This document shows, piece by piece, positions 13,834-28,231 of a stretch of 64,000 nt of DNA. Location of the stretch: positions 17,236,001 to 17,300,000 of the forward strand of contig OZ024750.1 of the NCBI GenBank assembly GCA_964016885.1, written 5' to 3'. Numbering within the stretch: position 1 is the first letter of the stretch; every line of letters begins with the position of its first letter. This stretch comes from Eledone cirrhosa. Lineage: Eukaryota. The notes beneath the pieces are model-generated. The model had not been told where the DNA came from. It was given only the letters and a program-made list of their open reading frames with translations, and ran no database searches. The position numbers and the translations under genes were made by a program.

Positions 13834-14189
13834 TCCATGTACATACGCTCAAATGCGCACACTCTCTCTCTCACACACACACACGCACACACATATATAT
13901 ACACAAAGAGTAGGTAAACAGGGACTTCGAAGTTTTGTCGATAATCAACTTCGCTATATTGTCTGATGGAGCCGGCTCTCAGCAAAATTTCGAAACGTGT
14001 TTACTTGTTCTTTAAAAATGTGACAAAACAGTGCTAGCTATATAATATGACTGGGTCGTCACGACTGGAGCACCTTTGTTCATTGGCCTGTTGGAGTTCG
14101 ACTATATTAAATAACATCGGTAACAGCGGCAACATCATGCATTGGTCCCGTAATTCCCGAGAGGGTCGTAGGGTCACTGAAATACTGCG

Positions 14190-14455
14190 ATTCTAGGGTA
14201 TTTTTAAACCCCTGGAGAGACCAGATCTCTCCAGGTCTGAATACAGCCGATATCTTCCAGAGTAGGAGAAGGGGAGTGAGAGAATGGAAGAGAGAAAGAG
14301 ATATAGAGGAAGAATCGACCCCAGTACTTGACTGCTACTTTTTTTTATTGACCTTGAATGGATGGAAAGAAAAGATGGTTCTCGAAGGATTTGAACTCAG
14401 AGATCAGAAAGCCGAAATAAATGGCGCAGAGCATTCTATCCGAGGTTCTAAACAG
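14190..14455 (-). mobile_element. tRNA-derived SINE, long-tail variant
   Basis: GGATTTGAACTC B box on minus strand; tail shared with + copies at 31215-31470 and 34495-34750. Confidence 0.7.
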
Positions 14456-14499
14456 TCTGCAGCAACAACATCACCAACATGAACACAACAGCAACAACA

Positions 14500-15120
14500 A
14501 CAGAAGCTAGCAAGAATCTAACTCCAAGCATTAGGCCGCACCGCTACACCAGAGTGTGGTACCCTGGTTGCACACTAGTTGCACCCTCCCCCAACAATAA
14601 CTACAGCAATAGAAGCTAGCAAGAGACAAGCCCCAAGCATTAGGCCGCACCGCTACACCAGAGTGTGGTACCCTGGTTGCACACTAGTTGCACCCTCCCC
14701 CAACAATAACTACAGCAATAGAAGCTAGCAAGAGACAAGCCCCAAGCATTAGGCCGCACCGCTACACCAGAGTGTGGTACCCTGGTTGCACACTAGTTGC
14801 ACCCTCCCCCAACAATAACTACAGCAATAGAAGCTAGCAAGAGACAAGCCCCAAGCATTAGGCCACACCGCTCCTTCAGTTGTGGTTCCCTTGTTGGACA
14901 CTAGCTGCATCCCCCCACCCACCGTCAACAACAACAACAATAACAACAGGAATAGAAGCTAACATGAGACAAGCCCCAAGCATTAGGCCCCTACATTACA
15001 CCAGTTGTGGTTCCCTTCTTGGACACTTGTTGCATCCACCCCTCCGCCAACAACAACAACAATAACAACAGCAATAGAAGCTAGCAAGAGACAAGCCCCA
15101 AGCATTAGGCCACTACACTA
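14500..15120. repeat. 109-bp minisatellite (~5.5 copies)
   Basis: TTAGGCC at 14531, 14640, 14749, 14858; later copies diverge. Confidence 0.93.
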
Positions 15121-15723
15121 CTAAAATGTGTGTGTCAGTGTGTGTGTGTGTGGGAGGGGGAGGGGTCCCATCTCGTTGCAGAATAAGAAGGAGGATGTTT
15201 GCTCAGCTCCTATAGAAGGGTTTGTTGTTGAAGTGTAAGGAAGAGAGAGGGTAAATATTGGCGGATTGTCACAGGCACAGGTGACACACGCATACAAACA
15301 CACACATAAACACACACATAAACACACACATACATATATATATTTGTATATATGTATATATATATGTGTGTGTTTGTGTGGGTACATGTACATGTACATA
15401 TATATATATATATATATATATGCGCACGCACACACAGACACGCACATTTACAAAAACACACACACAACACATATATATGTATATACACAGAAAGATACAC
15501 GCACATACATAGGGATATGTATGTGTGTGTGTGTATGCATGAGTGTATGTGTGTGTGTGTGTGTGTGTGTTTGAATGAGGTAAAGTACATACATATTTAA
15601 CCATTAGCAAACATAGTGACACGCGAACATATACACATACATAACTACATACATGCATATATATACATAATATACACATGTATATAAGCATGCATACATA
15701 TATACATACATGGGTATCATCCA

Positions 15724-15803
<80 letters not shown>

Positions 15804-15920
15804 TTGTTACCCTAAACAGAAAAGCACACACATACATAGATAGACCAATACATTTACATAGCGATATACTCGCACACATATATACGTTCAGTGATATATA
15901 TATATATATGTGTGTGTATA

Positions 15921-15993
<73 letters not shown>

Positions 15994-16070
15994 GCATGTG
16001 TACATAGATATACACAGTTTTACACACAAACACTGACACATCTTCATGTAGGTTCTGCGTGTATGTATAA

Positions 16071-16120
<50 letters not shown>

Positions 16121-16168
16121 TTGTGAGTGTGTGTGTGTTTCTGTGTGTATGTGTGTGGTGTGTTTGCG

Positions 16169-16212
<44 letters not shown>

Positions 16213-16349
16213 CCTGTGGGTGGGTGTAGAGTTGCATACTTTCTTGACGTCGTATTTACACACACATGAGAAAAATACCTCGATCAGTTTGTGGGGGGTG
16301 GGAGTGGGGGTGGGTGGGGAGCTTTCACATACCCAAACCCATACGCACA

Positions 16350-16380
<31 letters not shown>

Positions 16381-16852
16381 CATTATCATTATCACCATCA
16401 TCGTTCGATTACAGTAGTATATAGCTTGTCTCTTGCTATAATCCATCGCCAACTTTTGCAGCTCTAATAAAATCAAATTTGATCCTGAAGTCGAGTAATT
16501 AAACCCTGGACATCGATGGAATATGAATCCCTAGACAGAATATGAACCCAGAACACATAAACCTGCTACAAATACCACAATGTATCTCGTCCAACTCTTT
16601 AAAAATTCCGCCAATCCACCGCACCTGGTCTAGTACTTTGTTTTAACAGAGTTCAGTCTGTACATTGTGACCAGATCTCCTGTATGGAGATACCTTCCTC
16701 CCACTAGTTTCGCAGGTTCTGGAAACAAAAACAATCGTTGAAGCTACCTTGCCCTCTCTGATATTCGATAAACGGATTCTATCCACTTCTTAATTCCTAC
16801 AGCTTCGATAAACTCCCCTTCTAACAAACATTATATCCAAATTGTTAACCTC

Positions 16853-16967
16853 GGAGTTCAAATTCCACCGAGGTTAACTTTGCCTTTCATCCTTACGGGG
16901 TCGACAAAATAAAGTACCAGTAATGTACTGGGTAATTGCTGGCCTTGTGCCAAAAGTAGAAACAATT
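16853..16967 (+). mobile_element. tRNA-derived SINE (5'-truncated)
   Basis: GAGTTCAAATTCC B box, GCCTTTCATCCTTACGGGGTCGA core, GGCCTTGTGCCAAAAGTAGAAACAATT tail. Confidence 0.85.
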
Positions 16968-17684
16968 ATACCCAAATTGTTACAATAATTCTCCAATAAT
17001 CCCAACACAATACAAATATTTCCCACGTCTCGTTCCATATTATTTTCCCCGTAAACTCTCTCACAACTAAACATTACATACTAAATGTTAAATTAAGACA
17101 ATCATATCTCCAATTTCCCCCACTTTAATACAAATATGTAATATATTTATCACTATTAAACACCAGCTTATTGGATGGTAGGCATAACCCGTAAATCAGT
17201 TCCACGCTATCACTGACTGGTCCTTGGGTGTCTTTAGCAGAATTCACATAGTTGTATTTGGGCCAGGTCTCCGATTTTAGGGAAACTTCACCCATGGAGC
17301 TCGCTCTCTTCAAATCTGGTTAAGAAGGAAAAAATTAAATAAAATTAGCAATAAATGCGCATGTGCAGGTATGGCTGAGGGATTAATGAATTCACCTCGT
17401 AGCCTTGTTGTTCTGGATTCAGTCCCATCACGCGGCACCTTAGTCAGATGTCTTCTACTACGGCCTGTCGGGTATATATATATATATATTCATATATGTA
17501 TATATATATATATATATACACACACATATATATATATATATAAATATATATATATTTATTTATATATATTAAGACCCTCTTCCTGCTATATCAAGCGTTA
17601 ACCTAATATATCCCTTCCATATACTGTACCGATTGTGTTGTTATTTCTGTTTACTTTTACATACATATATATATAAATGTATAC

Positions 17685-17770
<86 letters not shown>

Positions 17771-17786
17771 GTATATATATAAATAT

Positions 17787-17835
<49 letters not shown>

Positions 17836-17862
17836 AATATATATATATCAATATATATATAT

Positions 17863-17943
<81 letters not shown>

Positions 17944-18554
17944 TCTGTGTGTGTACTTTTACATTTGTGTTTGTATCTGTGTTTATCTTCCGTAAATTAG
18001 GGATTCGACAAAAAGGGACATCGATAAAGGTCGATAAAGTCTTGAGAAAATAAGTGCTGGGATCGATATAATGGACTAAATCAATGTAGTACCCTAGCAT
18101 GACCGCATTTTAATCATTGATCCAGTAAAAGAGTAGAGAAAGCTATAATTTGTTATGATTTGCTGCGTCATCAAAGTTTATATAAGTCCAGCGCCTGCAA
18201 TTGGTTTTTACACACTTCCTTACTTGAAACTATTCTTGCTGTATTGAATTGAAACTAATGTCGGCTAGGGAGTCCTCTGTGGGTTGGTCTTTGTTGAAGT
18301 CAATTAAAATGGCGACTATAAAGATATTCTCTTTATCTGAGAAGGACAATGGTGACTGTAGTTTGAGACAAACTGGCTTGTTGACGTTACGATTACCAAC
18401 TTCCTCCTGGGTTACGATTCAGCTATTGTTACAATGCATATTCATACACACAGACATACACCCACAGGTTTACATACATACGTATATACATATATACATG
18501 CATACACCCATACATACATACATACATACATACATACATACATACATACATACA

Positions 18555-18585
<31 letters not shown>

Positions 18586-18740
18586 TTCTATATATTTATT
18601 GGTATATGTATACGTGCATATATATATATCTATATATATATATATATACATACATATTAAATATATATTTACACATATACACCTACATTTATATCTGCGC
18701 GTACATAATATATATATACATACATAATATATATACATAC

Positions 18741-18799
<59 letters not shown>

Positions 18800-18897
18800 T
18801 GTGTCTATATGTGTATGTGTGTATGTATGTAAATGGGTGCGCGTGTGTGTGCGTGCATACGTGTTTGTGGATATATATATAGAAATAGTTACGTATC

Positions 18898-18950
<53 letters not shown>

Positions 18951-19633
18951 GTGTATGCATGCTTGCGTGTGTACGTATGTTTGAGTAGATGCGTATATGT
19001 GTGTGGTGTAATATATTTACAAACCCTGGCAGTATACATAGACTGAGGTAGACATATTGTAAGACAATGGAGAGATATGGTATATAGCTTATTGGAGGAT
19101 GGTGTGTTTGAGGATGGATTTAACTCCATTGTGTTGGTATTGTGGAAGAATTGTGAATCTATTGTAATTCTATTGTGGATTTCAATCTTACATATCTCCC
19201 ATACAGGACAAAATATCAATCTTTTCAATTAGCAAATTGTTTTTAGAAATACATACGTATTCGTATAAGAGTTTATCTAAATATATATATATGTGTGTGT
19301 GTATGTGTGTGTGTGTGTGAGAGTGTGTGATTGCCTGTCTGTCTATCTATCTGTATGTATGTATGTATGTATGTATGTTTGTATGTATGTGTGTATGTGT
19401 GTGTATGTGTGTGTGTGTGAGAGAGTGTGTGATTGTATGTCTGTCTATCTATCTGTAAGTATGTATGTATGTATGTATGTATGTTTATGTGTATGTGTGT
19501 ATGTGTGTATGTATGCGAATATAGAAGTATACGTATTTGTCTTGATGTCAACAAGACAATTTGTATATATACATATATATATATATATTTATATATATAT
19601 ACATTTTTACGAATACACACACACATATATATG

Positions 19634-19667
<34 letters not shown>

Positions 19668-20514
19668 TACATTATCAGTTCTGTAAAGTGCTATAGAGAA
19701 CATACTGTTAATCCTACACACGTTATTCGTAGTAAAATAATTAATACACACATCATGTGGAGATGGGTGGGTGCATTATGATGTGGTGGGTGTTTAATGT
19801 ACTTTTATGACCCAGAGATTTACATCAGACAGAGAGTGTATATAACATATGTCTGGTTCGGTCAAATCCAAAAGATCAAAGATATAAGGTATAACAAAAA
19901 AACCTAGTTCAAGATTTCAAAGGGGCTAACAGAGATAACAATTACACAATGTTTTATTAGTTTCATGTTTGCGGCAAAAGGAAAATGAATTTATTAACGT
20001 ATCTGATATTAGTCCTTCGTCGGGAAAAACTAAAGTTAGGCGTCATTGAGGATGTTGGAAGGTTTGGAAAATAATAGACTTTAAGCTGAATACCTCCTGA
20101 GGTGTATTCAGTTATATATTGGGAATTGTCGTAGTCAGAAAACAGATTTCTATATGATGTCTAACTAAATATAAAAAAATTAAATTTTGTAAAAAAAATT
20201 AGCAACTTTTTTTTAATTCGCTCGATAAGATCCCAGTCCTGATTCGCTTGCCAAGTGGGGTGGAACTCTGACCACAGAGACAATCTTTCCATTGATCTTT
20301 CCATTGTTGATACTATCTACCGATCGAAATTTCATGGCAGAAAGAACAACGAGAAATAAAATGTCTTGCTCAAGGATATAACACATCGCCCGCCCGGTTC
20401 GAGCATCGAACTCGCAACCCCACGATTGCGAATCCAATTCTTTAACCACCAAGTCACGGGCGTTCACTTAGCAACTTTAATGACCTTTAAATATTTTACA
20501 AGTGATGATAATGA

Positions 20515-20718
20515 AGGCGGGACTGAAGCTATACTTGGCAGAATCAATAGAGCGTCAGACACCCTGCTTTACAGCATAGAGTTACGTCCTTTTACATTCT
20601 GAGTTCAAGTACCGCCAAGGTTTGGCTTTGCCTTTCATCCTTACGGGGTCGATAAAATAAAGTACCAGTAATGCATTGGTATAATTGCTGGCCTTGTAGC
20701 AAAAGTAGAAACAATTAT
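20515..20718 (+). mobile_element. tRNA-derived SINE
   Basis: TGGCAGAATCAATAG A box, GAGTTCAAGTACC B box, same core and tail. Confidence 0.85.
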
Positions 20719-21042
20719 CTCTATTAATATAGTACAGAAAAGACAAGTCAATGCCATTGACGAGGAAATCAGAAGACCAGCTATTAAAGATGATATTCTT
20801 TAATATTCCAAAATGTTCTCAAGTGCAATATGGGACTGCTTCACTGGCTGATTATAACAAACAAGTGGTCTATAGCTGGATTTGAAACCATAGCGTAAAA
20901 AGCTGGAACTTGCACCACAATGAATCACTGAATATTTTATTGATTAGTCAAGAAGGAAAGGGCCATGACCTTTCTCCTGTATATATGTATATGTGTATAA
21001 ATATATACATATTTATATATATATATAAATATATATATATGC

Positions 21043-21074
<32 letters not shown>

Positions 21075-21264
21075 GTGTGTGTGTGTGTGTGTCCACACGG
21101 AATACTGCCTCAAACACACCCAAAATAAATTTGATATTCTGACTACAGTTAATTTTTTGTTTATTGACAGACAACTTGGAATATCAATGGTATATATAAA
21201 TATAATATAATATAATTTATATATATATAATTATTATTATATATATATATACATATATATATAT

Positions 21265-21295
<31 letters not shown>

Positions 21296-21347
21296 TACAT
21301 GTATATATATATATATATTACATGTATATATATATATATATATATAT

Positions 21348-21428
<81 letters not shown>

Positions 21429-22283
21429 TTATATATATATATAATATATAAATATATGTATGTATATATATATATAACATGTATATGTATGTGTATATAT
21501 ATATCACATGACATTTTCCTATATTACAGTATATATTGTTTATTATATCATATACAACAATATTATAAATATATGTCTATATATATGTGTATATACGTAT
21601 ATATACATGTGTATATATATATATGTGTGTCTGTGTCTGTGGAGAGAGAAAGAAAGAGGCAGAAACACAATATGTACATATTTATGTGTATGTGTACGTG
21701 TGTGTGTGTACTTGTGTGTCTATATGTGTATGTGAGTATGTGTGTGTGATATTTTGCTTTCAGCGCCAATTAGTCGTAACACTCTCTTAGAATCATATAT
21801 CAACATTTTGTTATTATTAAAATAATGTCCTCTCCAAATATGACACCCACCCAACACAGCATTTTCTCGCCTGTGCCATTACGTTTAAACCTTCAAATAT
21901 TTCTCTAGCCACCTCCTCATCATCTTTATCATCACTAACACCTTCACCACTGTCAACATCATCATCATCATCATCATCATAATCATCGTCAGAAGCTGCA
22001 TCAGCACCAATACGACCAAGGCCGCCGCCGCCACCAACACTAACACCATCACCACCACCACCATCACCACCAACATCATCACCTCCACAAACAACCACCA
22101 ACACCGCCATCACCACCACCACAAACAACAGCACCAACAACAGCACCACCACCACCACCTCCACCAACACCACCACCACCACCACCACTATTATCATTAC
22201 CACCAGTAACATTAAAAACATTATCATATTTATAGTCGTCTTCGTTGTTTTCGTCAACAATTGCCGACGCCATGTTTTTGTTA

Positions 22284-22326
<43 letters not shown>

Positions 22327-23055
22327 TTTTCTATTCATTTATTTATACATTTCTGCATATATCACCTCCACCCACCACCAGCAATCTCCCAGGGACTAAA
22401 TCTCACGCAGTGTACATGCAAAATATATTACAATTTACATAGTTTTCAGTAAAGAGCAGGCAATGAAAATGGATGAATCAACAGTTGTAATTAGCGAGAA
22501 ATAAAAAATAAAAGGTTTTTATGTCGCACCTCCCTATACTGTTAGTTTTTCATTTTCACAATGACTTTTATCCTACTTCCGGTAATACTGTCTGAGAAAA
22601 CACACATACAGTCGCCATTGCGTCTGATTGCACAGTTGTAATAGGTTTACATCGGCCATCTTCCAAAACAACAGCAACAACAGAACAACAACAATAATGA
22701 TAATAATAATGATGATGATGATGATGATGATGATGATTATTATTATTATTAGTAATAGTAGTAGTAGTAGTAGTATATATATATATATATGAAACTATAT
22801 CAATACTCGAAATAAATTGTGATTCTCTTTAATTTAACATGCAACATAAACTTTCATTGCATTTTTGAAGGGGAAAATTCCATTCATAGCCACTTGTTGC
22901 CATTGTTGTTTAATGTTGCTGCTTTTTAAATTGTTGTTGCTGTAGTTGTTGGTAGCGGTGGGGTGATGGTGGTGGTGGTGGTGGTGGTGGTGGTGGTGGT
23001 GGTGGTGGTGGTGGTGGTGGTGGTGGTGGTGGTGGTGATGATGATGATGATGCTG

Positions 23056-23893
23056 CTCCGGCTCCCTGTTGGCGAGGAATCGAACAAGATACTTCATTCC
23101 AGAAGAAGCCGGTTCTTGGTTCTCCCCACAGAAACTTGCAGAAGGTTTACCAAAAAGGATCTTAAGAAGTAGCCCTACAGAATACAGGCTCAACAAGAGC
23201 TTTCCCTAGTTGATATGACCAAGAGAGAGGCTATGGTTGAGAAAATACTGGCGAAGATGGAAACCTACCCAAATTTTCTGAATTTGCTGTGGACCTCTGA
23301 GGAAGGCCACTTTCACTTAGAGGTTAAGATCAACTTCAAAAACAATGTTTCTTGGGTGTCAGATAAACCCACCGAAGGGGCTGTGAAACCTCTCCACTCG
23401 GCTAAATGTAACATCTGGGCAGCCAATTCTCAGAGAGACTTCATTGACCCATTCTTCTTCGAAAAAAATAATATCACTGCTATAGTCACAAAGGAACGCT
23501 ATTTTGAGGTCTTACAGCCCATGTACCCATCTCGACAGAATCAGTTCTAGTTCCAGAAAGGCGGAGCAAGCCCTCACACATCCAATGAGTCGCGAGAATG
23601 GCTGAAAAATAACTTTGGAGAACATGTGATCAGTTTGAAGATCGAGTTTAGGTTGGCCCCGAAAAGCCCTGATTTAAGCCCACCCACCCCATTCTCCGAT
23701 TTCCTCCTTGGGGCTGTCTGAGGGATAAAGTATATGTCAATAAAACCAGGACCATCCCTAAACTAAAAGAAAACATCAGGTAAGAGATCAGAGCCAGTCC
23801 TAGACCTGTTTGTGGAGACATCATGGTAAACTTCACCATCCCCTCAGAAAATGCATGGATTCAAATGGGGATCACCTGGAACATGTGCTGTAA
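23056..23893 (+). pseudogene. Tc1/mariner transposase pseudogene, DD41D (rosa/VS)-like
   Basis: PYRIQAQQEL, LWTSEEGHFHL, PLHSAKCNIW, PFFFE, FQKGGASPHT, APKSPDLSPP, WGCLRDKVY, NGDHLEHVL*; stops and frameshifts; catalytic spacing fits ~41. Confidence 0.88.
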
Positions 23894-24071
23894 CTCTGGA
23901 CAGAAATATCAGAGGATATTAAACTTTTTATATGTTGTGTTTAATGGCTTCAGCTAAGTACATTCGGGGTTTCATCAGTTTTCATCAGTTTCAAAGAACG
24001 AATAATCTAGATAAAAATATAATGGAGCCTGTTTTGTTTGAGTGACTCGGTATTTATCTATCTATTTATTC

Positions 24072-24129
<58 letters not shown>

Positions 24130-24187
24130 ATATATATATATATATATACACACACACTTACACACATATAAATACATACATATAAAA

Positions 24188-24305
<118 letters not shown>

Positions 24306-24723
24306 ATGTATGTGTGTATGTATGTATGTATGTATGTATGTATGTATGTATGTATGTATGTATGTATGTATGTATGTATGTATAGCTGAAGAAAATAGTA
24401 GCCTAGATCATGCAGAATTTACGAATATCTAACAAAGATCTACATGTGTTAAGGTTTCTCTCTCCACGAGCTAGAGAGCTAGAAATGTTCATGGAAGAAC
24501 CTACTTGAAATAAGAAGTCCCACTCGAGTGTTGGAGTAAATCTCTTGTTGAGCACACCTCGAACAGAAATAGGTGAGAGTGAAGAAAAATCAAACGAATG
24601 AGAAACCAAATAAAATAGATTAAGGTGAGAATGCATCAGGCACTAGAATGGTCCTCCGTTGGTTTCGACGATGATCATTCCAGTTGTTCCATCAACGGAA
24701 CATCTTACGCATGAAATTAATAT

Positions 24724-24942
24724 GGTTTCTTATATAGGCACAAGGCCAGCAATTTGGGAGGAGGGGGAAAGTCGATTAAATCAATCTACCCCAGTGCGTG
24801 ACTGGTACTTTATTTTACCGACCCCGTAAGGATGAAAGGCAAAGTTTAACATCGGCGGAATTTGAACTCAGATGATAAAGGGCCGTAACTCTATGCTGCA
24901 AAGCATGGTGTCCGACCCTCTACCGATACTGCCAATCCACCA
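24724..24942 (-). mobile_element. tRNA-derived SINE
   Basis: Same family as 34193-34376, reverse strand. Confidence 0.85.
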
Positions 24943-25329
24943 AGTTGCAAGTATCTGAGTTCGCCACAGACACACCATATATACCGTTAACGAAATTCTC
25001 AGGGAGATTCAGCGTAATGAAGTATATGAAAAGAATGCACCTCACATATTCAGTGAGTCATGCAACAATATTTCTGTTTCCCATTCTCCAGTCGTTGAAG
25101 TCACCAACATTTTGTATATAGTGCATCACTCTTTTTCATACTTAGCTTTCAGCAAACACTGTTTTGCTACAAAAGATTTTCCGTCATATTCGTAATACAT
25201 ACATACATACATACATATATACACTGTTTTTCTCCCTCTTCTCTTCATTTCATCCTGCACTCACGGACGCTATTTTTTCTCTCTCTGCTCAATGGCCTTC
25301 GTTCGTGCTGGCACTATTCTCTAAGCGCT

Positions 25330-25592
25330 CATATATTCACCTAGCTTACGCTAACAGAATAATTTTTGAAGCTTGTTTCTCTCCCACGGTATGCTATATT
25401 TTCTGTTGTTCTCCTGTCTCACTCGCTTTACGCGTTTTAATTGTCCTAATAACTTATTTTGGTTATTATTGCACCGAAGTGAGATATATGATTTTTAATG
25501 CAATGAAATATCTATGATCTTCGGCAAATCACTGATGAGGGACGTATTTTATTACATGTTACCATGTGCTACCTGCAGTATTTTTCTCTATA

Positions 25593-25658
<66 letters not shown>

Positions 25659-25949
25659 TGTATCTTGATTGCTCATGAAATCCACCCAGCTTATGCTGAC
25701 CGGATAACCATGTTGCTTGTTTATTCCCATCTTTGCGTTGCTTTCTTCCTTCTATGTTGTTTACTTGTCTCACTCGCTTTACGCGATTTACTTGTCCCAA
25801 TAGCTTTTTTTAGTTATTGCTCGCACCAACCTGAGGTATATGATTTTTAATGCGATGAAATATCAATGATGGTTGGCAAATCACTGACGAAGGACTAATT
25901 TCATCATATGTAACCCATGTGCAACCACGCAGTATTCTTCTTTCTTCTC

Positions 25950-25950
<1 letters not shown>
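25330..25950 (+). repeat. Family C dispersed repeat, two diverged tandem copies (also 50830-51012 +, 53795-54020 -)
   Basis: GTCTCACTCGCTTTACGCG...GCGATGAAATATC...CAAATCACTGAYGARGGAC...CATGTGCAACCACGCAGTATT. Confidence 0.75.
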
Positions 25951-26035
<85 letters not shown>

Positions 26036-26219
26036 CTTACTTACTGTGGTTTCCCCCGATTGAACCCGGGATACACACACACACACACACATACACACAC
26101 ATACACACATATATATAACGAAGGAGGTATGGTAAAGAACCAGATGGACCATACCGCACCAGTGTACGAAATAGCCGTCGAAACGGCTTGAGCTCTGCCG
26201 TCGGGGTTAAACATTTTCC

Positions 26220-26251
<32 letters not shown>

Positions 26252-26311
26252 TTATATATATATTTATTTATATATAAACATATATATATGTATGTATGTG
26301 TGTGTGTATAC

Positions 26312-26342
<31 letters not shown>

Positions 26343-26804
26343 ATATATTTAGAAACACACAGATACATGCGGACACACACATATATACATGAATGCATCC
26401 GCACCCAACTGTGAGTTAAGGGTGCCAACTTCACCGATGTTGCTCAATGAATGACTGGGACAGACCAATTCAGTTGAACTAGACTGAACCATGTATATAT
26501 GTGTGTGTCCGCATGTATCTGTGTGTTTCTAAATATATTGTTAATAACTCCCTCTGGTCGAGCAATCTTTGAAGTCTGGGGACAGCTGGAAAGCTTCCAT
26601 TACTCATACTTCTCGCCTTCTTCACCACCTCTTCTGCGGCCTCGATATAAATACCCCCTCCGCCTCCGTGGTATTTTCTTCGGGGTTATAAGAGGCTTAG
26701 CTCTGTTTCTCGACCGTTATATCGCGTGACTGTCTCCCCCTCCGCCTTTTGGGATTCTTTCTCACGTCGTGTAGACGCGTTCTTGAGACTAGTAAAATGA
26801 GGTA

Positions 26805-26894
26805 TCCTCTTGATAAGTCGGCAGACCTCGCAAGGACTCTATATCTTTATGATATATTGTTTTTGTTTATGCCACGAAACTACGTAGTCGAGGA
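26805..26894 (+). ncRNA. Type I hammerhead ribozyme, U3-A8 core variant
   Basis: TCCTC-TTGATAA-[long stem II GTCGGCA...TGCCAC]-GAAAC-TACGTA-GTC-GAGGA. Confidence 0.8.
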
Positions 26895-27399
26895 ATTTAG
26901 GAGCAGTTTAGGTATGATACATTTTATTACTAATTATATCTAAATGTTTCTTCTCTCTTCATAATGTATTTTTAACTCTGATACTGGTTCAGTCTAGTTC
27001 AACTGAATTGGTCTGTCCCAGTCATTCATTGAGCAACATCGGTGAAGTTGGCACCCTTAACTCACAGTTGGGTGCGGATGCATTCATGTATATATGCGTG
27101 TGTCCGCATGTATCTGTGTGTTTCTAAATATATTGTTAATAACTCCCTCTGGTCGAGCAATCTTTGAAGTCTGGGGACAGCTGGAAAGCTTCCATTACTC
27201 ATACTTCTCGCCTTCTTCACCACCTCTTCTGCGGCCTCGATATAAATACCCCCTCCGCCTCCGTGGTATTTTCTTCGGGGTTATAAGAGGCTTAGCTCTG
27301 TTTCTCGACCGTTATATCGCGTGACTGTCTCCCCCTCCGCCTTTTGGGATTCTTTCTCACGTCGTGTAGACGCGTTCTTGAGACTAGTAAAATGAGGTA

Positions 27400-27489
27400 T
27401 CCTCTTGATAAGTCGGCAGACCTCGCAAGGACTCTATATCTTTATGATATATTGTTTTTGTTTATGCCACGAAACTACGTAGTCGAGGA
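27400..27489 (+). ncRNA. Type I hammerhead ribozyme, U3-A8 variant (second copy)
   Basis: Identical to 26805-26894. Confidence 0.8.
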
Positions 27490-27945
27490 ATTTAGGAGCA
27501 GTTTAGGTATGATACATTTTATTACTAATTATATCTAAATGTTTCTTCTCTCTTCATAATGTATATTTATATATATATATATGTATGTGGGTGTGTGTGT
27601 GTGTGCACGTGCGTGTGTGTGTATGTGTGAGCATGTGATGAGGGACAGCTACCTTCAGCACAATATATTTAACTGGCACGTGTTAACGGCGGTGGCTATG
27701 TAGAGCGCCGAATCCCACTACAACCCCATCCATTAATTTAGTAATCTTGAAGAACGCAGAAGTAAGACAGTCTTATAAACGCCGCGGTATCGTATCTAAA
27801 ACAACAACAACAACAACAACAGTAATGTGAAGGAGTGAGCAGAAAATCGTGAAAGGTAGTATGAGACAGACACACACACACACACACACACACATACATA
27901 CACACACATATACACATACACAGAGACACACACGCATATGCACAG

Positions 27946-27985
<40 letters not shown>

Positions 27986-28231
27986 CTCATTTAATTTTTT
28001 TTTTCCTTCATTTTAATTTTTTTTCACCTTTATTTTAATGTCTTTCCACCTCTCCCCTCTCACGCTCTCTCGGAACACCTTTCTCCTGATGAAGGGTTTA
28101 TGCCCGAATCGCCCCCCCCCCCCCCCCCCCCACTTTCAAGCGCGCCCCCCCCCCCCCACACACACACTCACTGTTCGTAACTGCACTCTTTGTTGTTGTT
28201 TTTGATTTTTTTACTTTGCTATAATATATAT

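Larger units (their letters stand above)
26342..27564 (+). mobile_element. 595-bp tandem unit (1.8 copies) preceded by an inverted 150-bp arm; Penelope pLTR / retrozyme-like
   Basis: ORF pairs offset by 595 (26499/27094, 26749/27344); 26342-26491 is the reverse complement of ~26985-27134; TA flanks. Confidence 0.85.

Noticed and set aside
24403-24636. 77-aa minus-strand ORF, possibly a retroelement N-terminus
   Set aside because: No motif I can identify with confidence
28080-28112. CTGATGAAGGGTTTATGCCCGAATC
   Set aside because: Probable decayed minimal HHR, but GAAA is mutated and the 3' side is replaced by poly-C
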